A stretch of 64,000 nt of DNA from an uncultured Isosphaeraceae bacterium (GTDB taxonomy: Bacteria; Planctomycetota; Phycisphaerae; Phycisphaerales; SM1A02): the NCBI GenBank assembly GCA_964592615.1, contig CAZQGB010000001.1, positions 2,422-66,421 of the forward strand, given 5' to 3'. The position numbers and the translations under genes are program-made. Of the stretch, positions 36,783 to 46,579 are shown one piece after another; within the stretch, counting starts at the first letter, position 1; each line of letters starts with the position of its first letter. The notes below the pieces were generated by a model. It did no database searches, was not told where the DNA came from, and was given only the letters and a program-made list of their open reading frames with translations.

Positions 36783-37885
36783 TGCCCTAGTTTCTCACGG
36801 ATGAGATCGGCCCTGCATGAATTGAGTTCATTGTCATCGAGTTCTTTGCCGTATTTCCAGCGTAAATGTCCAGGATGTATTTCGATGAGAAGTTGATTGA
36901 CTGTGCTTATGTCAATTGTATCAATGCGATCAAGACTAATGCCAAGCCGAATGTTTCCAAGGTTATTCATCGCTTCTTCAGGCGTAAGGATTCTTGCGTT
37001 TTGAAGTAAGCCAAGTGATCGAAATGTCTGGTCATCGAGTCTTTGGGGCTGATCTTTTGCAACGGTCATTCGTGCCTTACGTTCCCATTCGATTACTGGA
37101 GGTAAAAAATCCTCAGCGAGAATGTTGCAAAGTTGTTCTTCAGTGTTGCCAAGCGTAATTTGATTACTTACTTGGTAAAGATCCGCCATCGTTCCAGACC
37201 CCTCTCCTCGATACCCGCGAATCGCGAGCGACATGCCTTCGCATGCGCGGCGCACACGTTCTAAATCCTTCACTAGCCTCAGCCCTGGTAGGTGCACCAT
37301 GACACTAAAACGCGCCCCAGTTCCTAGATTTGTGGGGCATGCAGTTAAAAAACCTAGTTGGTCATCAAACGCATAAGAGATAATCTCTTCAACGAGAAGG
37401 TCGAGTTGATGCACGTCATCACGGACGCCTGTGAGTTGTAAACCTGGCCTGATACTTTGTATTCGTATGTGGTCTTCTTCATTGACCATGACACTCCTTG
37501 AGAGCTCAGGGCCAACAGCAATTGCACATGGGTGTGGAGAATGTGCAAGAGAAGACGAAATAAGATGTCGTTCTACAAACATCTCTGTCGTCACTGAGTC
37601 GAGGTCGTCCATTTCGATCCATTCGAGTTGCACATTAGAATTATTGTTGGAGCAAATACGGCTTAGCAATGACGTGACTTCAATGCAATCTGATGTTGTA
37701 GATCGATTAACAAAAGGAAAACCCTCTAGATTACGCGCAAGTCTAGCTCGGCTACTTAAGACGACATCTCCAAATGGGGTGTGGTCACTATTAAAGGGGC
37801 AATTGTAATCAGGGTCAATTTTCATTAGGTTCACCCGAAGTGTGGAGTTCTCTAAGTTTATCGCGAAGGATAGCGGCTTGTTCAT
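36779..37885 (-). CDS. mcsB: protein arginine kinase (ATP:guanido phosphotransferase)
   Basis: VVLSSRARLARNL, VMVNEEDHIRIQ, CPTNLGTGARFSVMVHLPGL and RGYRGEGS align with Bacillus McsB. The start may be the M at 37825. Confidence 0.9.
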   Translation of the reverse strand: MNKPLSFAINLENSTLRVNLMKIDPDYNCPFNSDHTPFGDVVLSSRARLARNLEGFPFVNRSTTSDCIEVTSLLSRICSNNNSNVQLEWIEMDDLDSVTTEMFVERHLISSSLAHSPHPCAIAVGPELSRSVMVNEEDHIRIQSIRPGLQLTGVRDDVHQLDLLVEEIISYAFDDQLGFLTACPTNLGTGARFSVMVHLPGLRLVKDLERVRRACEGMSLAIRGYRGEGSGTMADLYQVSNQITLGNTEEQLCNILAEDFLPPVIEWERKARMTVAKDQPQRLDDQTFRSLGLLQNARILTPEEAMNNLGNIRLGISLDRIDTIDISTVNQLLIEIHPGHLRWKYGKELDDNELNSCRADLIREKLGQ

Positions 37886-38306
37886 ATTCCTCTTGACTCA
37901 CCGCGGATTCTAATTTCTTCAAAAGTCTTCTAATTTGTAAATGGCGAGTTAAGTCAACAGTCGCTTGTGCTGGAGCTCTGCCAATATGTTGTGTGTTATT
38001 ATTCTGGACTTTTGTAATGATTGAATTGAGTTCGTCAGAGAATGTTTGGTAACAAGATGGGCAACCTAGCAAACTCGTTTTTTTGTATTGAGCAATAGTC
38101 ATTCCGCAATCTGGACATGCTCTAGAAATGTCTCCTGAAATCGCTTCCTCAGTGGAATGGAGTACGACAGACAAATCAATTGGGCCAAGACTAATTCCGG
38201 CTTCCATAGCATGCTCGGCGCACAGATGTGTCGTGTTATGTACGCCATTCACAATTCGTACATCGTGGTAAATTGCAGGTTTATCACAGTGGTCACAGGA
38301 CGTCAT
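37815..38306 (-). CDS. mcsA: McsA-like activator (zinc fingers + UVR motif)
   Basis: CDHCDKPA...C, CPDCGMT...GCPSCY and the UVR motif EEYEQAAILRDKLREL align with Bacillus McsA. Confidence 0.85.
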   Translation of the reverse strand: MTSCDHCDKPAIYHDVRIVNGVHNTTHLCAEHAMEAGISLGPIDLSVVLHSTEEAISGDISRACPDCGMTIAQYKKTSLLGCPSCYQTFSDELNSIITKVQNNNTQHIGRAPAQATVDLTRHLQIRRLLKKLESAVSQEEYEQAAILRDKLRELHTSGEPNEN

Positions 38307-39148
38307 GACATACCTTCGGTAATGGTTAAGTTTTGAATTGCATTGCGAATAGAAGCACAGGTTGAAATGATTTCTTGCATTTTGTCAAGGGGCTGCATCG
38401 TGCTTGCATCAGACGCTGCAGATGTCGGATCAGGATGGCACTCAAGGAATAGGGCATCAACTCCTGCAGCTGTAGCAGCTTTCGCTAGCATGAACCCGCG
38501 GTCTGGTCTGCCGGCAGTGGTATTTTTGCCCGCACCTGGGAGTTGGGTTGAATGTGTCACATCAAAGCAAACAGGAGGGCCGATATTCATCATGTCGCCA
38601 AGGCCAATGAAATCATTTACGAGTCGGTTGTAACCAAAAAATGTTCCTCGTTCAGTTAGAATGATGTCCTTGCACGAAGCTTCACGTAATTTCGTGACAA
38701 CATGTTCCATTTCATGTGGGGACAGAAATTGGCCTTTCTTCACGTTGACAACAGCGTTTGTTTTTGCAGCTGCAACGAGCAAGTCAGTTTGCCTACACAA
38801 GAAAGCAGGAATTTGTAGAACGTCAACGACTTCACTTGCCGGTTGTGCTTGAGAACATTCGTGAATATCTGTTGTGACTGCCACTCCTAGTTGTTCCTTC
38901 ACCTTAGATAAAACTTTTAAACCATCTTGTAAACCAAGCCCTCGTTTTGAATGTACGCTTGTTCGGTTTGCTTTATCAAAACTACCCTTGAAAATAAAAC
39001 TCATGCCAGCATCGCGACAATGTTCAAGAAGTCTTTCAGCGATGAGCAAAGCATCTTTTTCATTCTCTAATACGCAGGGACCTGCGATGAGTAATAGGGG
39101 AGCTGAGTTACCTATTTGTGTTCCATTTATGTTTACATTTCTGTTCAT
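38303..39148 (-). CDS. kdsA: 3-deoxy-8-phosphooctulonate (KDO-8-P) synthase
   Basis: IAGPCVLE, FKGSFDKANRTS, LQIPAFLCRQTDL and DVTHS motifs. Confidence 0.95.
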   Translation of the reverse strand: MNRNVNINGTQIGNSAPLLLIAGPCVLENEKDALLIAERLLEHCRDAGMSFIFKGSFDKANRTSVHSKRGLGLQDGLKVLSKVKEQLGVAVTTDIHECSQAQPASEVVDVLQIPAFLCRQTDLLVAAAKTNAVVNVKKGQFLSPHEMEHVVTKLREASCKDIILTERGTFFGYNRLVNDFIGLGDMMNIGPPVCFDVTHSTQLPGAGKNTTAGRPDRGFMLAKAATAAGVDALFLECHPDPTSAASDASTMQPLDKMQEIISTCASIRNAIQNLTITEGMS

Positions 39149-39246
39149 GATGTACAGGGTACCACGAGATGCAAAAGGTCCGATATTTTTAGAAAAAAAG
39201 TGAGCAAATCGTTAACTTTGTGTGATTCTCTTTAGCAGGGCAGTAA

Positions 39247-40083
39247 TTGAGTCGAATGAACCAATGGGGTGATAACCAAAGGATTTTAAGAATGAGCCAC
39301 ATGCCAAGAGAACCCGAAGCTTTTAGTGAACAAGTTGTGAAAATATTACGCAGGCATTTTCCTGACCGTGAAGTTCGTCTAGCAGGCCCAATGGACTTAT
39401 ATCTTGATGGTCGACATCTTGGTCTAAATAACCTGTATAGAATGGTTCTTTCAGACTCATTACGAGGGGTTGAAATTGTTGAAGATTTTCTTGAGCAGCT
39501 ACTCGAAGGAGACAATTTTTCTCAGATACCGATGCCATTGTCAGTTGCAATGGGTCGAATCATGCCTCGAATACAACCAGTCTCGATATTTGAGCAGTTA
39601 GATATTGAACAAGTAGCATATTTGCCTTTTGTGAACGATACTGTCATTTTATATGTCATTGATATGCCAAGAATGACTGTGAGTATTACGATTGAGCAAA
39701 TGATTCGCTGGGGAATTGATATTGACGAACTAGATCGAGTCGCTCGAGAAAATTTGGCAAAATATCAACCAAACCTTAAACTCCAAATTGTTGAAAGTAA
39801 GGAAGGTGGACGTGCAGCAATTTTCAATATGCAAGATGGTTATGATGCCGCGCGTCTCTTGCTTGGCTCGTTGTGGCAGAAACTTGCTCCTGAATTTAAG
39901 GGAAACTTTTATGTTGCTGCTCCAGCCCGTGATATGTTTATGGCGATTTCTTGTGGCCCTGATGCATTTGTCGAAAAATTAGAGGGACGTATTTTGCTTG
40001 ATTATAAAAGATTGCCTTACCCAATCTCAAGCAGTCTCTTTCTTGTGACTCAAGATGGGGTTGCGGGAACTCGAGCAGCATAG
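39247..40083 (+). CDS. DUF1444 (YtpQ-like) family protein
   Basis: The C-terminal half (AIFNMQDGYDAARLLL...FYVAAPARDMFMAI...) resembles the Bacillus YtpQ block (FLNTNDGYDATRIL...VVAVPHQDVLIIA). Confidence 0.5.
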   Translation: MSRMNQWGDNQRILRMSHMPREPEAFSEQVVKILRRHFPDREVRLAGPMDLYLDGRHLGLNNLYRMVLSDSLRGVEIVEDFLEQLLEGDNFSQIPMPLSVAMGRIMPRIQPVSIFEQLDIEQVAYLPFVNDTVILYVIDMPRMTVSITIEQMIRWGIDIDELDRVARENLAKYQPNLKLQIVESKEGGRAAIFNMQDGYDAARLLLGSLWQKLAPEFKGNFYVAAPARDMFMAISCGPDAFVEKLEGRILLDYKRLPYPISSSLFLVTQDGVAGTRAA

Positions 40084-40121
40084 AGCAAACGAACGGCACT
40101 TTGGGGTGTATACTCAGCAAC

Positions 40122-40709
40122 ATGTTGCTCATCATTGACAACTACGATTCGTTTACGTTCAACCTTGTCCAGAGAATAGGTGAACATGATATTGATGCTG
40201 GTGTTTCAAGAGAAATGAATGTTGTCCGCAATGATCAAATCACTCTTGAAGAAGCGGTTGCAATGAAACCGAGCCGACTCCTCATTTCTCCAGGGCCTTG
40301 TCGTCCTGAGCAGAGTGGCGTAAGTCGAGAACTCATCGCTCATTTTAAGGGGAAGATTCCTATCCTAGGTGTTTGTTTGGGGCATCAAGCAATTGCAATA
40401 TTGCACGGGATGAAAGTTATTGAGTACTCCAAGCCAGTCCACGGAAAAACATCTGAAGTCTTTCATGACAATACGGGAATTTTTGAAGGACTCCCAAATC
40501 CGTTTCATGCAACCAGATATCACTCCCTTGTAGTGGAGCCGGAGACAATTTCTGAAGATTTCACAATGAACGCTTGGACGCAAGACGGGATATGCATGGG
40601 CGTGAGATGGTCTGGTGAGGGGGCTTCATTGCAGGGTGTTCAATTCCATCCTGAAAGTTTTTTAACAAGTGATGGCCCACAATTGCTATCAAACTTTCTA
40701 GGTCAGTAG
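40122..40709 (+). CDS. trpG: anthranilate/aminodeoxychorismate synthase glutamine amidotransferase component
   Basis: LLIIDNYDSFTFNLVQ, GVCLGHQAI (catalytic Cys) and QFHPES motifs. Confidence 0.9.
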   Translation: MLLIIDNYDSFTFNLVQRIGEHDIDAGVSREMNVVRNDQITLEEAVAMKPSRLLISPGPCRPEQSGVSRELIAHFKGKIPILGVCLGHQAIAILHGMKVIEYSKPVHGKTSEVFHDNTGIFEGLPNPFHATRYHSLVVEPETISEDFTMNAWTQDGICMGVRWSGEGASLQGVQFHPESFLTSDGPQLLSNFLGQ

Positions 40710-40750
40710 TCCGAACACCTTTCTAGTGGAACGAAGGGTTTTGCACGCTG

Positions 40751-41434
40751 CTATTCTTGCGGTGGGGGAAGTGGGGATATCTCTTTGAGAAAATTAACAA
40801 ACCGTTGGCGATGTGCTTGAACGGTATTTGTTGAACCGAATAATTTGAATTGCAAACTAGACCCGTTGTCTTGAATGTTCGCGACAAGAAGACAATGGTC
40901 TTGTAGATGCCACGCTGCACCAGCGCCCATGTATTCTCCTTCAAGCTCAGCAATCTTTACATCATGGAGATTTGTGGAGAACGACTCGACCTTTGGTCTC
41001 ATTGGTGAACCGTCGTTACTCCTAAAGAGGGATTTCCAGCGTTCAATGTTATCATCAAAAGTGCCATTAGCTCCATCTGTAAATTCTGTAATGGAAAATA
41101 AAGCATGTTCATTTGTCTTCGTACTTGGTACGACATAGTTGCAAGTCACTGTTTGTGATTTAGGAGGAACCCAAGCCCAAGTGAGAGGCTTCTTGGAGAG
41201 GTATCTTCCAAATGTGATGTGGGCCTTATCCTTAGGAGGCTTGTTGGTAAACTTATCAATGCGATCTTCGATATTGACTTGTTCTTCTTCTAGAAACGTA
41301 TTGAGAATTGTGTTCTCCGGTTTCTGTTCTTCTACCGTAGGGTTTGAAATTTGACGTTGTGGTTGACTTGGCTCTGAGGATTCACAGCCAAGAAGAACAA
41401 GTTGAAGGGTACATAGGAGTAATAATTTAAGCAT
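40751..41434 (-). CDS. lipoprotein of unknown function
   Basis: MLKLLLLCTLQLVLLGC signal peptide/lipobox from ATG 41434; no recognised domain. Confidence 0.55.
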   Translation of the reverse strand: MLKLLLLCTLQLVLLGCESSEPSQPQRQISNPTVEEQKPENTILNTFLEEEQVNIEDRIDKFTNKPPKDKAHITFGRYLSKKPLTWAWVPPKSQTVTCNYVVPSTKTNEHALFSITEFTDGANGTFDDNIERWKSLFRSNDGSPMRPKVESFSTNLHDVKIAELEGEYMGAGAAWHLQDHCLLVANIQDNGSSLQFKLFGSTNTVQAHRQRFVNFLKEISPLPPPQE

Positions 41435-41497
41435 GTTGACAATATTTCTATGTAAAGGATACGCTGTTTTCTCATTCGGTTCAGTTAAGGTACCAAC

Positions 41498-42970
41498 ATG
41501 AGTAGAACACTCCACCTACACAACGGTTTTTTTATCATAGACCCCACTTTGGGTACATATTCCCATTCTATAACGATGAGCGATGGGATAATTCAAGCAC
41601 ATGACTCTCCAGCCCCCAAACAGGCAAAATGCATTGATTTGCACGGGCAATGTGCGGTTCCTGGTTTCGTAGATTCTCACCTACATCTTGTGCTTGGAGC
41701 AACTGGAAGTGGTGATGTGCAATTGAAGGGTTGCGCATCAAGAGCTGAATTTGAAGCTATGTCTCTCTCTCTAAATTTTAAGGACACCTCAGAAGATTGG
41801 TTAGTTGGCTCCGGTTGGTCTGAGCAATGTCTTGGTGAGATGCCAAGCCGTACGTGGTTTTCTAATAAAACCAAAACACCAATTCTTTTCTATAGTGAGG
41901 ATTTCCATTGTGCAGTTGTAAATGATGCACTTCTTCAAAAAGTAGATGTCGAAAAGGTGAGGACCTTGCAAGGTGGTCGGCGTATTGATGAGGGGCTCAT
42001 TTTTGAAGACGCATTGTTTAAAGGAGTTATGCCTTACATTCCTGAAGTTTCATTTTCAACCCAAGTAGAGCGAACGAAACGGGCAATCAAAAAATTGCAT
42101 TCTTGCGGGATTACTTTTGTTGGAACAATGGAGAAAATGAAAGACATTGCTTCCGTTTTGGTTGCAATTCAAGAGCGTCAGGAACTGAGAATGCGAGCGA
42201 TGTGTGTTGACAATCCTACTCGTGAGATGATCGATTCGTGTAATACTTTGGTGCAAAATTCGTATTTGAAAATTACAGGGTTTAAATCGTTTCTTGATGG
42301 GACGCTTGGCTCAAGGACTGCGAAAATGTATTTTCCTTGGGTTGATACTGAAGATTCTGGAGTGTGGACAGGACATGCTTTACTGAACGATCTTAACGAG
42401 TGGGTCCGTAAGGTTTCTTCTGCAGGGTTTGCTCCAGTACTTCACGCTATTGGTGACGAAGCGGTTGGTAGAGCACTGCATGTTTTACAAGATGTAGATG
42501 GGGCTTTAGTCCCTCGTATTGAACACGCACAATGTATTGCTGAGAGGGACTTGCCCGCGCTTTCAAATAGGTGGTTTGGAGTGCAGCCAACCCATCAACC
42601 AGAAGACATGAAACTGGGAATGAAGGCGCTAGGGCGAGAACGATTGAGGGAACTTCACAACTGGAGAAGAATGATTGATGCTGGAGGTTTGTTATCTTTT
42701 GGCTCTGACTGGCCTATTGCTCAGCCAAATCCTCTGTTGTCAATGCAAATTGCTATTGGGCAAGGATTAACTCCACGCGAAGCTCTTGTATCGAGCACTA
42801 CGAATGGGGCACAGTCTCTTCGTTCAATTCGAGGGGGGCATTTGCGTGTTGGAGCTTATGCTGACATTGCAGTATTAGACCAAGATCCACTGCAATGTGA
42901 CTGGAAAGAATACCTTCCATCTGTGACAATGACGATTGTTGCAGGCAAGCCAGTTTATACAAAGGATTAA
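41498..42970 (+). CDS. metal-dependent amidohydrolase (YtcJ-like, amidohydrolase 3 family)
   Basis: PGFVDSHLHL metal-binding motif, HAIGD, and the C-terminal GSDWP motif. Confidence 0.8.
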   Translation: MSRTLHLHNGFFIIDPTLGTYSHSITMSDGIIQAHDSPAPKQAKCIDLHGQCAVPGFVDSHLHLVLGATGSGDVQLKGCASRAEFEAMSLSLNFKDTSEDWLVGSGWSEQCLGEMPSRTWFSNKTKTPILFYSEDFHCAVVNDALLQKVDVEKVRTLQGGRRIDEGLIFEDALFKGVMPYIPEVSFSTQVERTKRAIKKLHSCGITFVGTMEKMKDIASVLVAIQERQELRMRAMCVDNPTREMIDSCNTLVQNSYLKITGFKSFLDGTLGSRTAKMYFPWVDTEDSGVWTGHALLNDLNEWVRKVSSAGFAPVLHAIGDEAVGRALHVLQDVDGALVPRIEHAQCIAERDLPALSNRWFGVQPTHQPEDMKLGMKALGRERLRELHNWRRMIDAGGLLSFGSDWPIAQPNPLLSMQIAIGQGLTPREALVSSTTNGAQSLRSIRGGHLRVGAYADIAVLDQDPLQCDWKEYLPSVTMTIVAGKPVYTKD

Positions 42971-42973
42971 ACT

Positions 42974-43435
42974 ATGAATGATCGTCTCACACATCTCGAT
43001 AAACAAGGCAAGGCTTCAATGGTCGATGTTTCTGGAAAAGCGCCTTTGCTTCGCACTGCAGTTGCGGAAGGTTTTTTTAATGCAAAAGAATCAACTATAG
43101 ACGCACTACTTTGTGGAGATTTACCAAAAGGTGAAGGGCTTGCTGTTGCAAGGATTGCTGGAATTCAAGCGGCAAAATTCTGCGATAAGTTGATTCCACT
43201 CTGCCACCCACTTCCGCTTGAACTTGCAGAAGTAACATTTGAGCGAGTAGATTCTGGTCGATTGAAAATCAATTCAAGAGTTGTGGTGACTGGTAGGACA
43301 GGAATTGAGATGGAAGCATTGACTGCAGTAAGTGTTGCAGCATTGACATTATGGGATATGACAAAAGCAATTGACGGCTCGCTTTCTATTAGTGACATAA
43401 CATTAGTTGAGAAAAGAAAAGAAGAGTTGGATTAG
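42974..43435 (+). CDS. moaC: cyclic pyranopterin monophosphate synthase
   Basis: LTHLD..G.A.MVDVS.K, IPLCHPL and TGIEMEALTA motifs. Confidence 0.95.
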   Translation: MNDRLTHLDKQGKASMVDVSGKAPLLRTAVAEGFFNAKESTIDALLCGDLPKGEGLAVARIAGIQAAKFCDKLIPLCHPLPLELAEVTFERVDSGRLKINSRVVVTGRTGIEMEALTAVSVAALTLWDMTKAIDGSLSISDITLVEKRKEELD

Positions 43436-44061
43436 CAGGTCTCATTTACTTTTTGTATGAAAGCACAAATCTTTTCTGGGTCTTTTACTCCTAGTGAACT
43501 TTCGACTCCACTACTGACATCTACTCCAGCAGGTTTTGCTTTTGCGATGACTTCCTGAACATTTTCAGGTGAAAGTCCTCCAGCAATGATAACTGGGGTT
43601 TGAAGGGTAGGAATCAAAGCGGCTAATTCAGAGACATCGAAAGAGACGCCTAGCCCCCCAGTGGATCCATCAACGAGTATGGCTACTACATTTTTACAGC
43701 CATCCCAGCGTAATACTTCCTCTTTATTCCATTGCATCGCTTTGATGACAGGACAGGGGGCAGTTGTCACCATGTGTTCATCTTCGTCTCCGCAGAGTTG
43801 AAGCCAGCCGCCCCATGTTTTGTATGGTTCAAGCGAGGGGGCGTCTTGTAGGACTGCTACGCCAATTACATCAGTAGGAAGCTGGAGCATGAGCTGATCG
43901 GCAATGTGTCGTTCTACAAACCTCGGCGAATCTTCGACGAAAACAAAGCCAACGGCATTCGCGCCGGAAGCAACTGCAATATCTATAGTATCTTCGTCAC
44001 AGAGCCCGCAGATTTTGACGCTTGTTCTTATTGTGTTTTTAGTTAAGAAGTTTCCACTCAT
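43432..44061 (-). CDS. trpF: phosphoribosylanthranilate isomerase
   Basis: VKICGL...GANAVGFVF...SPRFV and the C-terminal AGGLSPENV...GVDVSSGVE. Confidence 0.85.
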   Translation of the reverse strand: MSGNFLTKNTIRTSVKICGLCDEDTIDIAVASGANAVGFVFVEDSPRFVERHIADQLMLQLPTDVIGVAVLQDAPSLEPYKTWGGWLQLCGDEDEHMVTTAPCPVIKAMQWNKEEVLRWDGCKNVVAILVDGSTGGLGVSFDVSELAALIPTLQTPVIIAGGLSPENVQEVIAKAKPAGVDVSSGVESSLGVKDPEKICAFIQKVNETC

Positions 44062-45209
44062 GAGGTTATTTCTTTTTGGATTGATACTGCAAGTTCTTGG
44101 TGTTGTTCAGAAAAATCTGCTGCGTATTTTTTGAGCAATTCAGAAGCTCGCTTCTTGTTTTGTAATATTCTTGTGTATTTTGCTGCAAGAAGTAGGGCAA
44201 CTTTGCCTCGGTCCTTCGCTTCTTTGTATTGTTTTAGGTATCCCTCAAATACGAGGACGCCTTCTTCAACTCTGTTTAATTCTAGTAAAGAAGAACCAAG
44301 GGTATGGAATGTTCTGGGGTCTATTTTAAGGGTTGGATTTTTTTTAATGGAATCAAAATATGTCTTTGCTGCTTGATCGGTTTTGCCAGAACTTGCTTGT
44401 TGTGCGATTAAAGTACGTAATTGAAAATCTGGATTTGCAACCTCTTCAACACTGTTTTTAAACACTGGGTTTGCTTCAATTACTTTCTGTAGAGAGCGCC
44501 TCCTTCGAAACTGGTTAATTACTTGTGTTAAATCAAATTCACTTGAACGTATAAACCCAAATAAAAGCGCTAAAAATGTAAACAAAAATCCTCCTGCATA
44601 TCCAACTAAGTGTACTACCCATGCTGTTGTTGCATTGTTCTTAGTTACAACACTTGCGAGCAGATTGAATGTATCAAGTAAAACAAAAAAACCAACCAAG
44701 AGCATACTAGGAATTGTATAGATGCCAATGATAAAGAAAATGAGAAGGACATGAATGTGTGTTTTTGGTGCAAGCACGATAAATGCTGCGACAACAGCAC
44801 AGACCGAACCACTAGCCCCAACTACAGGAGCGACATAGAGCAATGTATGAACAAAGCCGCCAATTGCACCGCACCCTAAATAAAATATAGCAAAACCAAT
44901 GTGTCCCATTCGACCTTCGACGGCTTTTCCAAATGGGAGAAGAAAAATCATGTTGAGAAGAATATGCATCCACCCAGCATGTAGGAATTGATATGTAAAG
45001 AGTGACCAAATGTGAAAATTCGATTTTGAGAGCTGCCCTTCAAACTCAAGTTGGGCTAAGAATCGAAGTGCATCGTTTTCGCCATTTAGTCCTCCGCCGC
45101 GGTTTACTGCCCATTGTATGGCAAAAATAAGCACATTTAGCCCAATTATCCAATATGTGACAATGGGCTGCTTCTTATGTTCCATAGTTGTACCAATTGG
45201 AATCAGCAT
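44058..45209 (-). CDS. rhomboid intramembrane serine protease with C-terminal TPR-like domain
   Basis: FLHAGWMHILLNM, catalytic GASGSV, and later HLVGYAGG His. Cytoplasmic helical-repeat tail. Confidence 0.85.
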   Translation of the reverse strand: MLIPIGTTMEHKKQPIVTYWIIGLNVLIFAIQWAVNRGGGLNGENDALRFLAQLEFEGQLSKSNFHIWSLFTYQFLHAGWMHILLNMIFLLPFGKAVEGRMGHIGFAIFYLGCGAIGGFVHTLLYVAPVVGASGSVCAVVAAFIVLAPKTHIHVLLIFFIIGIYTIPSMLLVGFFVLLDTFNLLASVVTKNNATTAWVVHLVGYAGGFLFTFLALLFGFIRSSEFDLTQVINQFRRRRSLQKVIEANPVFKNSVEEVANPDFQLRTLIAQQASSGKTDQAAKTYFDSIKKNPTLKIDPRTFHTLGSSLLELNRVEEGVLVFEGYLKQYKEAKDRGKVALLLAAKYTRILQNKKRASELLKKYAADFSEQHQELAVSIQKEITS

Positions 45210-45321
45210 TTTGGCATTGTAGTGTTGGAATTCACAAGAAATTTGCTAAAATGAAATTTTACATGCAGATATGACAAGCGATCATATCGAGAAATAGAAC
45301 CTAAGAACCAGGAGGCTCAAA

Positions 45322-46473
45322 ATGAGCGCTACTATGCAAGGGATGCATACAGATATCGGTTTAGTAAACACAATCGTTGCACGGTCTGCTCTGTCATTTA
45401 TTGATGGAGAGAAAGGGGTGCTCGAATATGTGGGGTACGATATTGACGATCTTGCCCGTCATAGCACTTTTGAAGAAACTACGTTCTTGCTTTGGAATCT
45501 TAGGTTGCCATCACGTTCAGAATTAGCAGATTTCACAGCGCAGATTCGCAGCAACTACGAACTCTCTGAAGGGATGTGGGACCTTATAGTTTCTCTACCT
45601 AGAGACGCAAGCCCAATGCATGCGCTCAGAACCTTAACATCTGCTCTTTCATTACACGATCCTGCTGCTGACGATCCAAGTCAAGAAGCTAATGCTAGAA
45701 AATCAATTTCAATGCTCGCGAAGATGCCCGCATTTATCGCCGGTTTCGATAGACATCGCAAAGGTTTAGATCTTGTTCGCCCAGATGAGCAGTACTCAAT
45801 TGCCGAAAACTTTTTATACATGCTTACAGGTGAAAAGCCAACAGAGCGAATGGCAAGAGCGATGGATATTTGTTTGATTCTCCACGCTGACCATGGTTTT
45901 AATGCTTCAACTTTTGCTTCACTTGTCACAATTTCTACTCTAAGCGATATGTATTCCGCTGTAACAACTGCAATTGGTACGCTTAAAGGTCCCCTTCACG
46001 GAGGTGCAAACCAGGGCGTTATGCTTATGCTTAATGACATTGATGGGATTGAAAATGCAGAGCAATACGTGATGTCTAAATTAGCTAACAAAGAACGGAT
46101 CATGGGCTTTGGGCACAGAGTGTATAAATCTTATGATCCACGTGCTACTTATTTAAAAACATTTGCTCAGGGTATAGCAGAAGACACTGGCAACTTAGAT
46201 TTGTTCAACTTAAGTAATGAAATAGAATCCATCATGGATCGCGAAGTCGGTTCTAGAGGTATTTATCCAAATGTTGATTTTTATTCAGCCACTACATATT
46301 TTTCATTGGGGATTGATCTCGATCAATTCACACCGCTCTTTGCAATGAGCCGAGTTTCAGGGTGGACTGCACATTGTCTTGAGTATTTGCAAGACAACCG
46401 ACTTATACGTCCTCGGTGCGACTACATTGGTCCACATCAGCAACCATATTCGCAGATCTCTGAACGCGTCTGA
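45322..46473 (+). CDS. gltA: citrate synthase
   Basis: LILHADHGFNAST, GPLHGGAN and GFGHRVYK catalytic motifs. Confidence 0.95.
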   Translation: MSATMQGMHTDIGLVNTIVARSALSFIDGEKGVLEYVGYDIDDLARHSTFEETTFLLWNLRLPSRSELADFTAQIRSNYELSEGMWDLIVSLPRDASPMHALRTLTSALSLHDPAADDPSQEANARKSISMLAKMPAFIAGFDRHRKGLDLVRPDEQYSIAENFLYMLTGEKPTERMARAMDICLILHADHGFNASTFASLVTISTLSDMYSAVTTAIGTLKGPLHGGANQGVMLMLNDIDGIENAEQYVMSKLANKERIMGFGHRVYKSYDPRATYLKTFAQGIAEDTGNLDLFNLSNEIESIMDREVGSRGIYPNVDFYSATTYFSLGIDLDQFTPLFAMSRVSGWTAHCLEYLQDNRLIRPRCDYIGPHQQPYSQISERV

Positions 46474-46579
46474 CAAGCAAAACAATACACTGGCGTTTCT
46501 AATTCCTAAAAAACTATCCCGCGGGTCGTTTATCGCTTTGTGGCGTTTCTTCTGTTTGTGTTTCTTGCATCGCAGTGAC

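Noticed and set aside
46488-46552. 10-nt direct repeat TGGCGTTTCT (46488-46497 and 46543-46552) between the citrate synthase and FG-GAP genes
   Set aside because: Short, a single pair, with no associated structure or ORF. Likely chance.
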